64,000 nucleotides of DNA from Candidatus Zhuqueibacterota bacterium (GTDB lineage: Bacteria; BS750m-G25). Below the pieces are notes generated by a model. The model ran no database searches and was not told where the DNA came from. It saw only the letters and a list, made by a program, of their open reading frames with translations. Within the stretch, counting starts at the first letter, position 1, and each line of letters begins with the position of its first letter. A program made the position numbers and the translations under genes. The stretch lies in assembly GCA_016783505.1 (NCBI GenBank), contig JADHWK010000008.1, positions 627 through 64,626 of the forward strand, given 5' to 3'. Positions 39,992-49,946 of the stretch are shown here, in pieces.

Positions 39992-41530
39992 TCACTTCAG
40001 CAAAACCATCTTCCTCACCTTCACAAACTCCCCCGCTTGAATTTGATAAAAATAGATTCCAGATGAATGACCGGTTGCATCCCAGCTTATTTGGTGGTAA
40101 CCGGCTTCTTGATGCTGGGCCACCAATGTGGCCACTTCCCGCCCCAGGATGTTAAATATCCTCAAGGTTACCTTTGACTCTTTGGGAAACCCGTATTTAA
40201 TGGTAGTAACGGGGTTGAAGGGGTTGGGATAGTTTTGGAACAGGGCAAATTTCACTGGCAACATCGGGTCTTCATCAATAGCCGCAATGTATGGTGATTC
40301 GAACGCTCCCATATCCGGGTTATTTCCGTTGTAAGCTGTATCAGGTAGATTTACCAAAGTATCATCCTCCCAGATGAAGAACGCTGTGCCGGCATCAATA
40401 CAGGGAGAACCTTCTTGAAGATGAAAATCTCCACCAGTAGGATCAACAAACAGCGGGTCGCCATCAATATTCCCCTCCAACCAGTTAACGATACTACTGT
40501 CTTCATTCACGATTCCATCCAATCCTCCATGCACATCCGAATAGGCAATGGTGATAGAGCTAGGCCAAGGTTCATCAAGAACAGAACATACTAGTGGTGG
40601 ATCATCCCAGATTATAGTATTTATCAGACTCAAATTAGAGCCGGCACAGCCAATTCCAGCTAGATCATTATTAGTCAACGTCACATTCGCTAAACTCAGA
40701 CTGACACCCATAGCGACAATTCCAGCTGTGTATCCGCTTATAGTGACATCCACCAACCTCATACTGGACAAACCACAGTAAATCCCAAAGCTTCCCTCAA
40801 TAGTATTTCCGCTGATAGTGACATTCACTAAACTCATACTGGAATTCCAACTACAGAGAATTTCGGTGTTAATATCACCAGCCCAGATTGTATTCCCGCT
40901 TAACATCACATTGAACAGGCTTGGACTGGATTCATTGCAGGCAATCCCACCACCCTCATTGGCCGAATTTCCGATGATGGTAACATCCACCAAACTTGGG
41001 CTAGCCATATAAAAATATATTCCCCCCCCACCTTCAGTGGCTGTATTCCCGCTTACTATTACCTTGGACAGGGTCGACCTCGAGCTTTCAAAGTAAATCC
41101 CGCCAGCTGCCGATGCTACATTATCGCTCACTATCAGGTTAGATAAACTCGGGCTCGAACCTTCACAATGAATCCCACCACCAAACCAAAATAAACCATT
41201 TGTGATGGTAAACCCATTCAATACAGCCGTGGAATCCTCTCCATTCTCAAATATCACCACACTCCCACTACTATCGCCGTCAATCACCGTCTGGGAGATG
41301 TAGGATGTGTCGCCACTAACAATAATTAACGACCCTACAACAATATCTTTAGCATTAAAGTTGATGTTCTCCACATACCGACCCGTATCCACTAAAACAG
41401 TATCACCCACCGAGGCGAAATCAATCCCCGCTTGTATTGTTGGTTGGTCTGCTGGAACATTGATGATGGTGGCGTTTGCTATGACAACCATAAACAGCCC
41501 GAAGATAAAGCTTTTAAATAATATTTTCAT
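39992..41530 (-). CDS. Secreted right-handed parallel beta-helix protein with T9SS/FlgD-type CTD
   Basis: 'IINVPADQPTIQAGID', repeated 'N.A..GGGI', 'DPLFVD...FHLQEGSPCIDAG' and NYPNPFNP. Confidence 0.85.
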   Translation of the reverse strand: MKILFKSFIFGLFMVVIANATIINVPADQPTIQAGIDFASVGDTVLVDTGRYVENINFNAKDIVVGSLIIVSGDTSYISQTVIDGDSSGSVVIFENGEDSTAVLNGFTITNGLFWFGGGIHCEGSSPSLSNLIVSDNVASAAGGIYFESSRSTLSKVIVSGNTATEGGGGIYFYMASPSLVDVTIIGNSANEGGGIACNESSPSLFNVMLSGNTIWAGDINTEILCSWNSSMSLVNVTISGNTIEGSFGIYCGLSSMRLVDVTISGYTAGIVAMGVSLSLANVTLTNNDLAGIGCAGSNLSLINTIIWDDPPLVCSVLDEPWPSSITIAYSDVHGGLDGIVNEDSSIVNWLEGNIDGDPLFVDPTGGDFHLQEGSPCIDAGTAFFIWEDDTLVNLPDTAYNGNNPDMGAFESPYIAAIDEDPMLPVKFALFQNYPNPFNPVTTIKYGFPKESKVTLRIFNILGREVATLVAQHQEAGYHQISWDATGHSSGIYFYQIQAGEFVKVRKMVLLK

Positions 41531-41571
41531 TTTAATATCCTTTCCTTTCAAATAATGGAAAGATTAAGCTC

Positions 41572-41874
41572 TCACTTCACCAAAACCATCTTCCTCACCT
41601 TCTGAAACTTCCCCGCTTGAATTTGGTAGAAATAGATTCCAGATGAGTATCCAGTGGCATCCCAATTTATCTGGTGGTAACCAGCAGTTTGATGTTCATC
41701 AACTAATGTGGCCACTTCCCGCCCCAGGATGTTAAATACCTTAAGGGTTACATTCGATTCTTGGGGAAGCCCGTATTTGATGGTGGTTATCGGGTTGAAA
41801 GGGTTATAGTGGTTTTGATACAACTTAAAACTTTCAAGGAAATTGAATAAATATGTTTCTTTAATCCCTACCAT
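41572..41874 (-). pseudogene. Orphan T9SS/FlgD-type CTD lacking signal peptide and passenger domain
   Basis: Degenerate QNHYNPFNP followed by an intact CTD; no upstream gene body. Confidence 0.7.
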
Positions 41875-41920
41875 TATGATGTCATTTCCCAGCCATACCC
41901 TTATTAACCCTCTGTTATCG

Positions 41921-42763
41921 CTATCTGCAAAATTCTCCTGTTTTCATTCCCTTAGGCCAGCTTCTGTTCGAAAAGTCATGCTTCGATAAGTTTTCTTCTA
42001 TTTTCGCTCTTATTTGTTCGTATGAAGGAGGGTGTCCGGTAAATAAATTCTCACCATTTATATAAAGTCTCCAATCGAAACCATACTTTATCCTGTTCTC
42101 AGCCTTACACATGTCAATTTCTTCGAATATGACGTTGTCTCCGAACTCACTTGCTGCTTTTTTTGCACTGAAGTACACTGAGTTCTCTGAACAGCACTGT
42201 CCACTGAAAAAGGAAGTAACTTTCACCTTTCCTGGAACAGACTCCTGCTTAAACTCCCCCGTTCTCCATTTGGGCGGTACATCATTGTCAGTGAAGGCTT
42301 TCCATAATAGGACAAACCACCCCGTTTGATCAACCTTCTTATATCCGTGCTTTTGGAACCAGGGTGCGTTTATCCAAATCTCTTCAGATAAACCCCAGAC
42401 GGCCAACCCATTCATACCAAGAGCTCTGACATCCTCTTCTGCGGCCTTCAGGAGCGCCTGTCCAATTCCTTTCCCTTGCAGGTTTCCTCGTCCTTTCCCT
42501 TTATAGCCATGGACCCAGATACAGTTCACAATATAAAGATGAGAGCCCTCGGCACAAGAGTATTCTATAGGCATGTACTCAATCATACCGCCAACAACAT
42601 TCTCATCGGTCAAAGCAATTTTGACACGTAAACCCTTTTCCTTCATCTCCCTGTACCATTTCTTTTTGATGGATTTCACTTTATCCAATTCTTCATTCCA
42701 TTCTGCCAGGCAAACAAAGTAAAGAGGTTCGATTTCTTTTGTAAGGTTAATTATTTTCATCAT
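41921..42763 (-). CDS. GNAT acetyltransferase with a C-terminal thioredoxin-like (YoaP-like) domain
   Basis: 'NCIWVHG...QGKGIGQALL', 'FQKHGY' and 'SGQCCS'. Confidence 0.75.
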   Translation of the reverse strand: MMKIINLTKEIEPLYFVCLAEWNEELDKVKSIKKKWYREMKEKGLRVKIALTDENVVGGMIEYMPIEYSCAEGSHLYIVNCIWVHGYKGKGRGNLQGKGIGQALLKAAEEDVRALGMNGLAVWGLSEEIWINAPWFQKHGYKKVDQTGWFVLLWKAFTDNDVPPKWRTGEFKQESVPGKVKVTSFFSGQCCSENSVYFSAKKAASEFGDNVIFEEIDMCKAENRIKYGFDWRLYINGENLFTGHPPSYEQIRAKIEENLSKHDFSNRSWPKGMKTGEFCR

Positions 42764-42869
42764 TATTTCTTATAATAAAATTGGACGTCTGCATTGATTT
42801 TAATGATCAGTGCTTGTCCACTTCTCCTACCCATACTCCAACCTCCACTGTATTTGCTTCACTGGTGGG

Positions 42870-43003
42870 GCCTAACGACTCACGCATAAGTGGCGGCGAT
42901 ATTTGATATTCAAGATTATGTAATTAGAACTGAAAATTGTGATTAATCCAAACGTGAAAATTACGCACCAAGTTTAGCCGTTCGCTTGATGCGCTTGTTA
43001 GGC
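42870..43003 (-). mobile_element. Integron attC site
   Basis: Minus strand: R'' GCCTAAC, 5-nt spacer, L'' CATCAAGC ... L' ACTTATG, R' GTTAGGC (exact complement of R''); lies 48 bp after the stop of the upstream gene. Confidence 0.8.
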
Positions 43004-43050
43004 GTAATTTTCTTACACAATTTGTCTGATGTATCGAAAAATCAATTGCC

Positions 43051-43992
43051 CTATATTAATATGGCCTGCGTTGTATTTACATTTCCGGTTAATTTTAATT
43101 CAATATTAAATTCTAATAGTGGGAAACCTTTTGAAAATATCTGGTAATGTAGAATGTAATTTCCTGTGGAATTAATAATTGATTGCCGAGGTGGTCTGTC
43201 TTCTTCGCTATGGAGATAGACCTGCGAATTATTTGTTTGATCTAAGGCAAAAAGATCGAATATACCTCCATCTCGTGGGAGAATAGTGGCTGAGTACGCT
43301 CTAATTTTACCCGCCCACTTTAGAAAATTACGATCTCGTGAAACAACCTTGTTACCATTAGGCAGAGTTATTTTGTCGAGACGTACAACAGTATCAAAAG
43401 CGGCAACGTCATAACGTAGATTTTCTACCGTCAAATGCCAGATATAATGTTGATAAGTACCTGTGTGATCAGTGTATTGCCATGCTCCTGTATTATTTGG
43501 ATTAGAAACTACTAGATGCCGAGAATAGGTTGAAGACCAACCTCTTTGAGTTATCTCGTTTTCTATAATATCAGGCACATCTGTTTTTGATCTGAATCTA
43601 ATAGCATTGGATAAAAGGTATTTTCCAATACCCTCCAGTTTAACATATTCCTGTTGGATATACAATACCTCTTCAAATTGTAAGTTATAAGCTATGGCAA
43701 GTTCTTGATTAGTGAAAAGAGATCCTCTATATATTGGGTTTCTTTTGGAAAAGAATGCTAAAATCCTTTCAGTCAAAGTACTAATTTGCTCGCGAGCAAA
43801 GTCTATAAATATTTAATAATCAGAAGTTTTAAGATTGCCTATTATAGAAGAGTTAACGTCTTGAATGCTTTGGGCTTCAATTGCTACGTATGGCTCGAAG
43901 CCTTGGTTGCTCAACCAATTACTAACATCTGAAGCAATTTGACGTTCTTCATCATTTACTTGACCACAGCTAATAAATACTTTGCCTGGCAT
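43051..43992 (-). pseudogene. TIR/nucleoside-deoxyribosyltransferase-like cassette gene with one in-frame TAA (43813-43815)
   Basis: ATG43992 reads MPGKVFISCGQ...GFEPYVA...LKTSDY*IFIDF...SLFTNQELAIAY in frame with track ORF 43051..43776. Confidence 0.7.
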
Positions 43993-44084
43993 TTTTTCTC
44001 CCTTAATTGTGGCTTTTTCCGCATAACCATATGATTATACTGCAGGTGGCAGTATAACAATTAGGGATACATCCCCTTTTTTCG

Positions 44085-44215
44085 ACAACAATTTAAGCCT
44101 TTCGTCGGAAAAAGTCAAGCCTTTAATACGGCAATTATAGAACTTATCTAAACCCAGTCTTGATGACATTCATATATTTCAAGAAAACAAAAGGCCTACT
44201 TAAAATGAATAGGTT
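44085..44215 (-). terminator. Repeated module, copy 6 (hairpin degenerate), homologous to copy 5
   Basis: AAACAAAAGGCCTACTTAAAATGAATAGG plus shared TTATCTAA.CCCAGT and GAAAAAGTCAAG.CTTTAATA blocks. Confidence 0.6.
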
Positions 44216-44458
44216 TTGTTAATATCATTTCAAAGATGCAAGAGTTTTTTCACTTTTTTACTACGGGATGAAAATAGTTAGGCACAAAACCCTTTGTTGT
44301 CCCCATTGAGTACTACAAATCAACCGTTACTCTTTAAGCCAATCAAAATTTCTCATATTTGGGGTTGCATATCTCATTTATTTCTCTTAAATTTAGTTTA
44401 GCTATCCCAAATTGAAAAGCTTTGCCTTTACACCCGGCCATAGGTTTAAACGGGGTTA

Positions 44459-45181
44459 ATGATGATCCGCAAACGTATTTTAATTTTAGCCCTTGCTTTA
44501 ATCTCGGCTTCATTATTGAGCAAAACAATTCATGGGCAAGGGGATATTTCCGCTGAGGAGATTCTTAAAAAAGTCCAGGAGCCGTTTGATTCCATTCAGG
44601 ACTACGTGGTTGACATCCAGGCCAGGGTGGATATGGAGGGAGTGCGGGTTCCTGAGATGGTCGTTAAAGTCTCCTTCAAGCAACCGGACAAGGTGCATTT
44701 TGAATCGGAGGGTTTCGCCATGCTGCCCCGTGAGGGGATCATCATCAACCCGGCAAAATTCTTAGAAGAGGGTTCTCAAGCAGCCCTGTTGGGAAAGGAT
44801 AGTCTGGAGGGGGAGGAAATGTATCTGCTTGAGTTGGTTCCCACTACCGAAAGCCTTTTGAACCCCAAGGTCCATCTCTGGGTGGACGGGGAAAGATGGG
44901 TCATCCGACAGATAAAGATGATCCCGGCCCAGGGGGGTGGAGTCACGGTGCGGATAGAACCGGTCCTGGTCCAGGGTGAATTCTGGCTGCCCCAAAAGAC
45001 CACTGTGGAGGTAGACTTCCCCCAGAGGAGAGGGATGGAAACCCGCGGTCCCCATCAGGACCCCGACCGACGGCGACCATTTGAGAAGCCCCCCCGATCA
45101 GGAAAGATCACCATTACTTTCAGCAACTATCAGATCAACACCGGCCTTTCCGATGAGATATTTGAGGAGGAAACTCAATGA
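44459..45181 (+). CDS. LolA-like outer-membrane lipoprotein-sorting protein
   Basis: Signal peptide; 'FKQPDKVHF', 'HLWVD...W' and 'INTGLSDEIF'. Confidence 0.65.
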   Translation: MMIRKRILILALALISASLLSKTIHGQGDISAEEILKKVQEPFDSIQDYVVDIQARVDMEGVRVPEMVVKVSFKQPDKVHFESEGFAMLPREGIIINPAKFLEEGSQAALLGKDSLEGEEMYLLELVPTTESLLNPKVHLWVDGERWVIRQIKMIPAQGGGVTVRIEPVLVQGEFWLPQKTTVEVDFPQRRGMETRGPHQDPDRRRPFEKPPRSGKITITFSNYQINTGLSDEIFEEETQ

Positions 45182-45618
45182 TCCCCTACGAGGACTTCTG
45201 GTCAATGGATAAAAAATATGCCGTGGTGGGAGCTTCCCGGGATCGAAAAAAGTTTGGCAACTTGGTCTACCGGATGGCTAAAGAGAGGGGGTTTACCGTC
45301 TGGCCCGTCAATCCCAACGCCGGGGAAGTGGAAGGCGACCCCTGTTATTCCAGCTTAAAGGATCTCCCCCAGCCGGTGGATGGTGTGGTGCTGGTCGTCC
45401 CCCCCGAGGTTAGCCGGAAGGTGGCAGAGGAATGCCTCAATCTGGGGGTCAAGAACCTGTGGTTTCAGCCCGGGTCGGCGTCTGAAGAAGTACTGGTATG
45501 GTGTCGGGAGAAAGGGTTGAACACCTATAGCAGACGCTGTGCCCTCCTTTACCTGAAACCGATAAAGTTTCCCCATTCGCTGCATGCGTGGATTTTAAAG
45601 CTGTTCGGTAAATATTAA
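45178..45618 (+). CDS. CoA-binding domain protein
   Basis: AVVGASRDRKKFG, PVNP and LWFQPG motifs. Confidence 0.9.
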   Translation: MIPYEDFWSMDKKYAVVGASRDRKKFGNLVYRMAKERGFTVWPVNPNAGEVEGDPCYSSLKDLPQPVDGVVLVVPPEVSRKVAEECLNLGVKNLWFQPGSASEEVLVWCREKGLNTYSRRCALLYLKPIKFPHSLHAWILKLFGKY

Positions 45619-45631
45619 GGGAGGGATAATC

Positions 45632-46912
45632 GTGAACCGACTGATAGGGATAGTGGGTATTTTCGCCCTGCTGGGGCTGGCGTGGCTGCTATCTAACAAC
45701 AAAAGAAAAATAAACTATCGCTTGATCTTATGGGGGATCGCCCTTCAGGTTCTTTTCGCCTTGATCATCCTGAAGACCCCGCCGGGGAAAGCGGTCTTCT
45801 TCTTTGCCCGGGCGGCCATCGCCAAGGTCTTAAGCTTCACCGACGCCGGGGCCAGCTTTCTGTTCGGTAATATCTATTATGGGGATGAAGGAGTCGTCCA
45901 GGGCTTAAAGCAGATGGACCCCAACATACCCGGTCCTGTGCAGTTGTTTGACGCCGGGGGAAAGCGGTTCGTGAACCTGGGGGTCATCTTTGCCTTTCAT
46001 ATCCTGCCCACTATTATCTTTTTCGCCTCGCTGACGTCGGTGCTCTACCATCTGGGGGTGATGCAGAGGGTGGTTCAGTTCATGGCCTGGGTGATGACGA
46101 AAACCATGGGCACCAGCGGGGCTGAGTCCCTGTCGGCCGCCTCCAACATCTTCGTCGGTCAGACCGAGGCCCCGTTGGTCATTCGTCCTTATGTTTCCGA
46201 GATGACCATGTCCGAACTGATGGCCATCATGACGGGGGGATTTGCCACCGTGGCCGGGGGGGTGATGGCGGCCTACGTCCGCTTCGGCATAGACGCCGGT
46301 CATCTAATGGCGGCCTCGGTGATGTCGGCCCCAGCGGCCCTGGTGGTGGCCAAGATCATGTTTCCAGAGACAGAGGCCCCCAAAACGATGGGAACGGTGA
46401 AGTTGGCGGTGGAAAAGAGGACTGTAAACATCATTGACGCCGCCGCCCAGGGGGCCGCCGACGGGCTGAGGTTAGCCGCCAACGTAGGGGCCATGTTGCT
46501 GGCCTTCATCGCCCTGATCGCTATGATTAACTACGGACTGGGTTTTATAGGCCTCAGCCTGAGGGAAATCTTTGGCTACCTTTTCTCACCGATAGCCTTT
46601 TTTATGGGGGTGGAATTTAAGGATATTCTCAGCTTTGGGAATCTTTTGGGCACGAAGATCTCCATAAACGAATTTATCGCCTATATTGAACTGGGCAATC
46701 TTAAGGAGACCCTATCCCCCCGTACGTATACCATCGCCACCTACGCCTTGTGCGGGTTCGCCAATTTCTCCTCCATCGCCATTCAGATTGGCGGGATCGG
46801 CGGGATTGCCCCAGGGCGGAAGCACGACCTGGCCAAGTTGGGTCTTAAGGCCATGATCGCCGGCGCCCTAGCCTCCTGGTTGACGGCCACCATTGCGGGG
46901 ATACTTATTTAA
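45632..46912 (+). CDS. nupC: NupC/CNT-family nucleoside:cation symporter
   Basis: 'ASNIFVGQTEAPL', 'GFATVAG', 'NEFIAY' and 'CGFANFSSIAIQIG'. Confidence 0.92.
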   Translation: MNRLIGIVGIFALLGLAWLLSNNKRKINYRLILWGIALQVLFALIILKTPPGKAVFFFARAAIAKVLSFTDAGASFLFGNIYYGDEGVVQGLKQMDPNIPGPVQLFDAGGKRFVNLGVIFAFHILPTIIFFASLTSVLYHLGVMQRVVQFMAWVMTKTMGTSGAESLSAASNIFVGQTEAPLVIRPYVSEMTMSELMAIMTGGFATVAGGVMAAYVRFGIDAGHLMAASVMSAPAALVVAKIMFPETEAPKTMGTVKLAVEKRTVNIIDAAAQGAADGLRLAANVGAMLLAFIALIAMINYGLGFIGLSLREIFGYLFSPIAFFMGVEFKDILSFGNLLGTKISINEFIAYIELGNLKETLSPRTYTIATYALCGFANFSSIAIQIGGIGGIAPGRKHDLAKLGLKAMIAGALASWLTATIAGILI

Positions 46913-47097
46913 CAAATTACGGAGTTACCCGATTGGGTATAATATAAAAGGCGGAAGGACTATCCTTTTCGCCTTTTTTCTTTTTCGCTAAAAAAATTAC
47001 TATCCAAGTGAAAATTTAGGTTGATTTTAAGATAAAAATGATTTATTTTATAAGATTGAATAATTTAAACCAAAATTGGTTTGGGTTTTTGAACTTT

Positions 47098-48375
47098 ATG
47101 GGTAGGCCATCCGAAAAGTTAATCCCTATTTTATCCCTGTTGTTCCTCATCTATACCTTCACCGCTTTGCCCCTGAACGGCCAGGAAGGCATTGACCAGG
47201 AGATCAAGGCCGAAGAGGACAAGCTGGTCCAAATCAAGGCTGACATTAAGGATTTCGAAAGTAAACTCAAAGAGACCGGAAAGAAAGAGAAATCCCTTCT
47301 GAAGTCCTTAGACGATCTGGATCGGGAGATTTACCTCAGGCAGAAACTTTTGAAGCAGCTCCGGGTGGGAAAAAGAAGGATAGAGACGAAAATTGCCCAG
47401 AAAGAGAAAGAAATTCAGAATACCCAGGAAAGATTGAACTTGCTGGCTATTAATCTGAATATGACGGGAAAGGAGCTTGAACGGCTGATGGCCATCGTGC
47501 ACAAGCGGGCAATTTATGCCTACAAGCACGGGTTTATGGGGGACCTGGAGCTTTTGCTGACCGCTGAGTCGGTTAATCAGGCTATAGTGCGGGCTAAATA
47601 CCTGCGGTTGATCGCCCAGCGCGACAAAAGAAATATTTTAAAAATAAAAGAGAAAAAAACAGAGATTGCCGGGCTTCAGGGGGGGACGGAACGCCAGCAG
47701 GCCAGGTTGGGATCGCAGAAGAGGGATCTGGAGAATGGGGTGAAGAAGAAGAACGCTAACATTCGGGAAACCCGACAAGAGGAAGCGAAGCTTAAACGCA
47801 AAAAGACCTCCCGGAAAAAACTCCTGGCCAGGGTTCGAAAGGATAAAGACCTGTTGCGGAAGGAACTTGAGGAGAGAAAAGCCGCCGCAAAGGAATTGGA
47901 GGCTTTGATCGTTGCGTTGGAGAAGAAACGGCTTGAGAAGGCGAAAGTGGTTGAGGCGGGCCCCCTACTGGCTGATTTTCGGGGGAGGCTGGATTGGCCG
48001 GCCAAGGGCCGGGTGGTCTCCCATTTCGGCAAGAGTCGCAACTGGAAGTTAAACACCATTACCGAAAATACCGGGATTGACATCAAGGCCAAACTGGGTT
48101 CCCCGGTGCGGGCAGTGGGGCCGGGGGAGGTGACCATAATCACCTGGCTGCGGGGGTTCGGTAACACGGTTATCATCAGCCACCCCGGGGGATTTTATAC
48201 GGTCTACTCCCACCTGGGGGAAATCCTGTGTGATGAAAAGGAGCGGGTAGGCCCTGGTCAGGTGATCGGTAGGGTGGGGGACACGGGCTCGGTGGACGGG
48301 GCCAAGCTTCACTTTGAAATCTGGGAACGGCGGCAGAAACATAACCCGGAAAAGTGGCTGAAAAGACGGGGTTGA
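47098..48375 (+). CDS. EnvC-like murein hydrolase activator (coiled coil + M23 domain)
   Basis: Long coiled coil; degenerate M23 'NTGIDI', 'YTVYSHL' and 'LHFEI'. Confidence 0.85.
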   Translation: MGRPSEKLIPILSLLFLIYTFTALPLNGQEGIDQEIKAEEDKLVQIKADIKDFESKLKETGKKEKSLLKSLDDLDREIYLRQKLLKQLRVGKRRIETKIAQKEKEIQNTQERLNLLAINLNMTGKELERLMAIVHKRAIYAYKHGFMGDLELLLTAESVNQAIVRAKYLRLIAQRDKRNILKIKEKKTEIAGLQGGTERQQARLGSQKRDLENGVKKKNANIRETRQEEAKLKRKKTSRKKLLARVRKDKDLLRKELEERKAAAKELEALIVALEKKRLEKAKVVEAGPLLADFRGRLDWPAKGRVVSHFGKSRNWKLNTITENTGIDIKAKLGSPVRAVGPGEVTIITWLRGFGNTVIISHPGGFYTVYSHLGEILCDEKERVGPGQVIGRVGDTGSVDGAKLHFEIWERRQKHNPEKWLKRRG

Positions 48376-48509
48376 TAGAGGGGAAACAGACGGATAACAA
48401 TCAATTGCTATCTTAAGAATTATCTGTAAATCCAATTAATTGGATTGAATATTCGGAGGAATGATTCACCCCGGATATTCGGAATTCCCATTAGAAAAGG
48501 AAGTTATCG

Positions 48510-49646
48510 GTGGCTTTTAGTAGGGTTTTGGGTCAGACTCGCATTAAGAGTGTCATGGGGAAGACGTTGAAGGGGGGACGGCTGGCCCATGCTTACCTCT
48601 TAACCGGCCCGGATGGGGTGGGCAAGGAGGCCATGGCCCTGGAGATATGCAGGGTTCTTCATTGCCGTGCCCAAGGATCTAAAAAAGGGCAGGGATTGGA
48701 ACCTTGCGGGCGGTGTCCGGGCTGTCAGAAAATGAAGGGACTGGTCCACCCCGACCTTAAGCTCCTCTTCCCCATACCGAGCCGCTGGGCTAATAAACCC
48801 CCGGAGTCGGCCAATGGTGGGGATCTTCTGGGGGAAGAGATCGCCAAAAAAGCCGATGATTATTACCATACCATTCGCATCCCCGGGGGAAATAACATCT
48901 TGATCGAACAGATCCGGCCCCTGAACCGTTACTTGGCCTTCCGGCCGGTGGAGAGCGATTGGAAGGTTATCATCATCTTTCAGGCCGATCGGCTCACCCC
49001 TGAGGCGGCCAACGCCCTGTTGCACATCCTGGAGGAACCGCCCTCTCAGTCCCTTTTTCTGCTGGTATCCGGCCAGCCCGGCTCGATCCTGCCCACCATC
49101 CGCTCCCGGTGTCAGGGGGTGAGATTTGCCAATGTAGGGGAGGAAGAGATTTTGAGGGGGCTGAAGGAAAAGGGTATCCCTGAAGAAAGATTAAGCCGTT
49201 TGATTGCAAAGCTGGCAGGGGGAAGCTTCGGGGTGGCTCTCAGGCTGGCTGCAGAGGATGTGGACCGCAACAGGGAAGGAGCCTTGGGCCTGGTGCTGGG
49301 TTTTACCGGGGGGAGTCCCTCTCAGGTTTCTGATTTGATTGAGGAATGGCAGGGGAAGGATCGGTATCAACTGACAGAGGGGTTACGACTGGTTTCACTC
49401 TGGCTCCGGGATGCCCAGATTCTTAGGGAGCTAACAGCCCGAGACGGGGAATCCTGCCCCCATCTCGTGAACCAAGATCGAGCCGATCGGGTGGTGGAAG
49501 TGCTGGACCGATTTCCCCGTGGAGACTTTCTCGGGGCGGTGGCCCAGGTGGAAAAAGCAGTTGATTTAATTGACAAAAATGTGTATCTTAAATCGATCTT
49601 GATGAATTTAGCAATAAATCTACGGGCTCTATTGGGAGGGAAATAA
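48510..49646 (+). CDS. holB: DNA polymerase III subunit delta'
   Basis: AHAYLLTGPDGVGK, CGRCPGC, HPDL, ANALLHILEEP and PTIRSRC. Confidence 0.9.
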   Translation: MAFSRVLGQTRIKSVMGKTLKGGRLAHAYLLTGPDGVGKEAMALEICRVLHCRAQGSKKGQGLEPCGRCPGCQKMKGLVHPDLKLLFPIPSRWANKPPESANGGDLLGEEIAKKADDYYHTIRIPGGNNILIEQIRPLNRYLAFRPVESDWKVIIIFQADRLTPEAANALLHILEEPPSQSLFLLVSGQPGSILPTIRSRCQGVRFANVGEEEILRGLKEKGIPEERLSRLIAKLAGGSFGVALRLAAEDVDRNREGALGLVLGFTGGSPSQVSDLIEEWQGKDRYQLTEGLRLVSLWLRDAQILRELTARDGESCPHLVNQDRADRVVEVLDRFPRGDFLGAVAQVEKAVDLIDKNVYLKSILMNLAINLRALLGGK

Positions 49647-49712
49647 ATAGAGTTCCTCCCGAATTTTGGGGAGTTAGTTAGGGATACAACTTTGATGCAG
49701 GACAGAATATAT

Positions 49713-49925
49713 TGAAAAATCCGATCAGTCCGGCGCCTGACGGAAGCACGATCCCGAACCTTCGGGATGAAACAAACTCAAATCAGTCGGGAGCCTGACC
49801 GATGACCAAAGCACAAAAATTCAAAACAATATGATTTAAGTGAATAACGTTTTGGATCCGCCTGCGGCGGAATATTTGTATTTTGTAATTTGTTCCCCGC
49901 ACATGCGGGGTATTTGAATTTAGAA
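49713..49925. repeat. MITE-like non-coding element with nested palindromes
   Basis: The 5' about 60 bp is nearly identical to 59540-59600 and is the reverse-complement relative of 5455-5495. Confidence 0.6.
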
Positions 49926-49946
49926 TTTATTTGGTTGGGGGTTAAC

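Noticed and set aside
32757-41874. Diversity-generating retroelement (template/variable repeats) among the CTD copies
   Set aside because: There is no reverse transcriptase in the window, and differences between copies are not adenine-specific.
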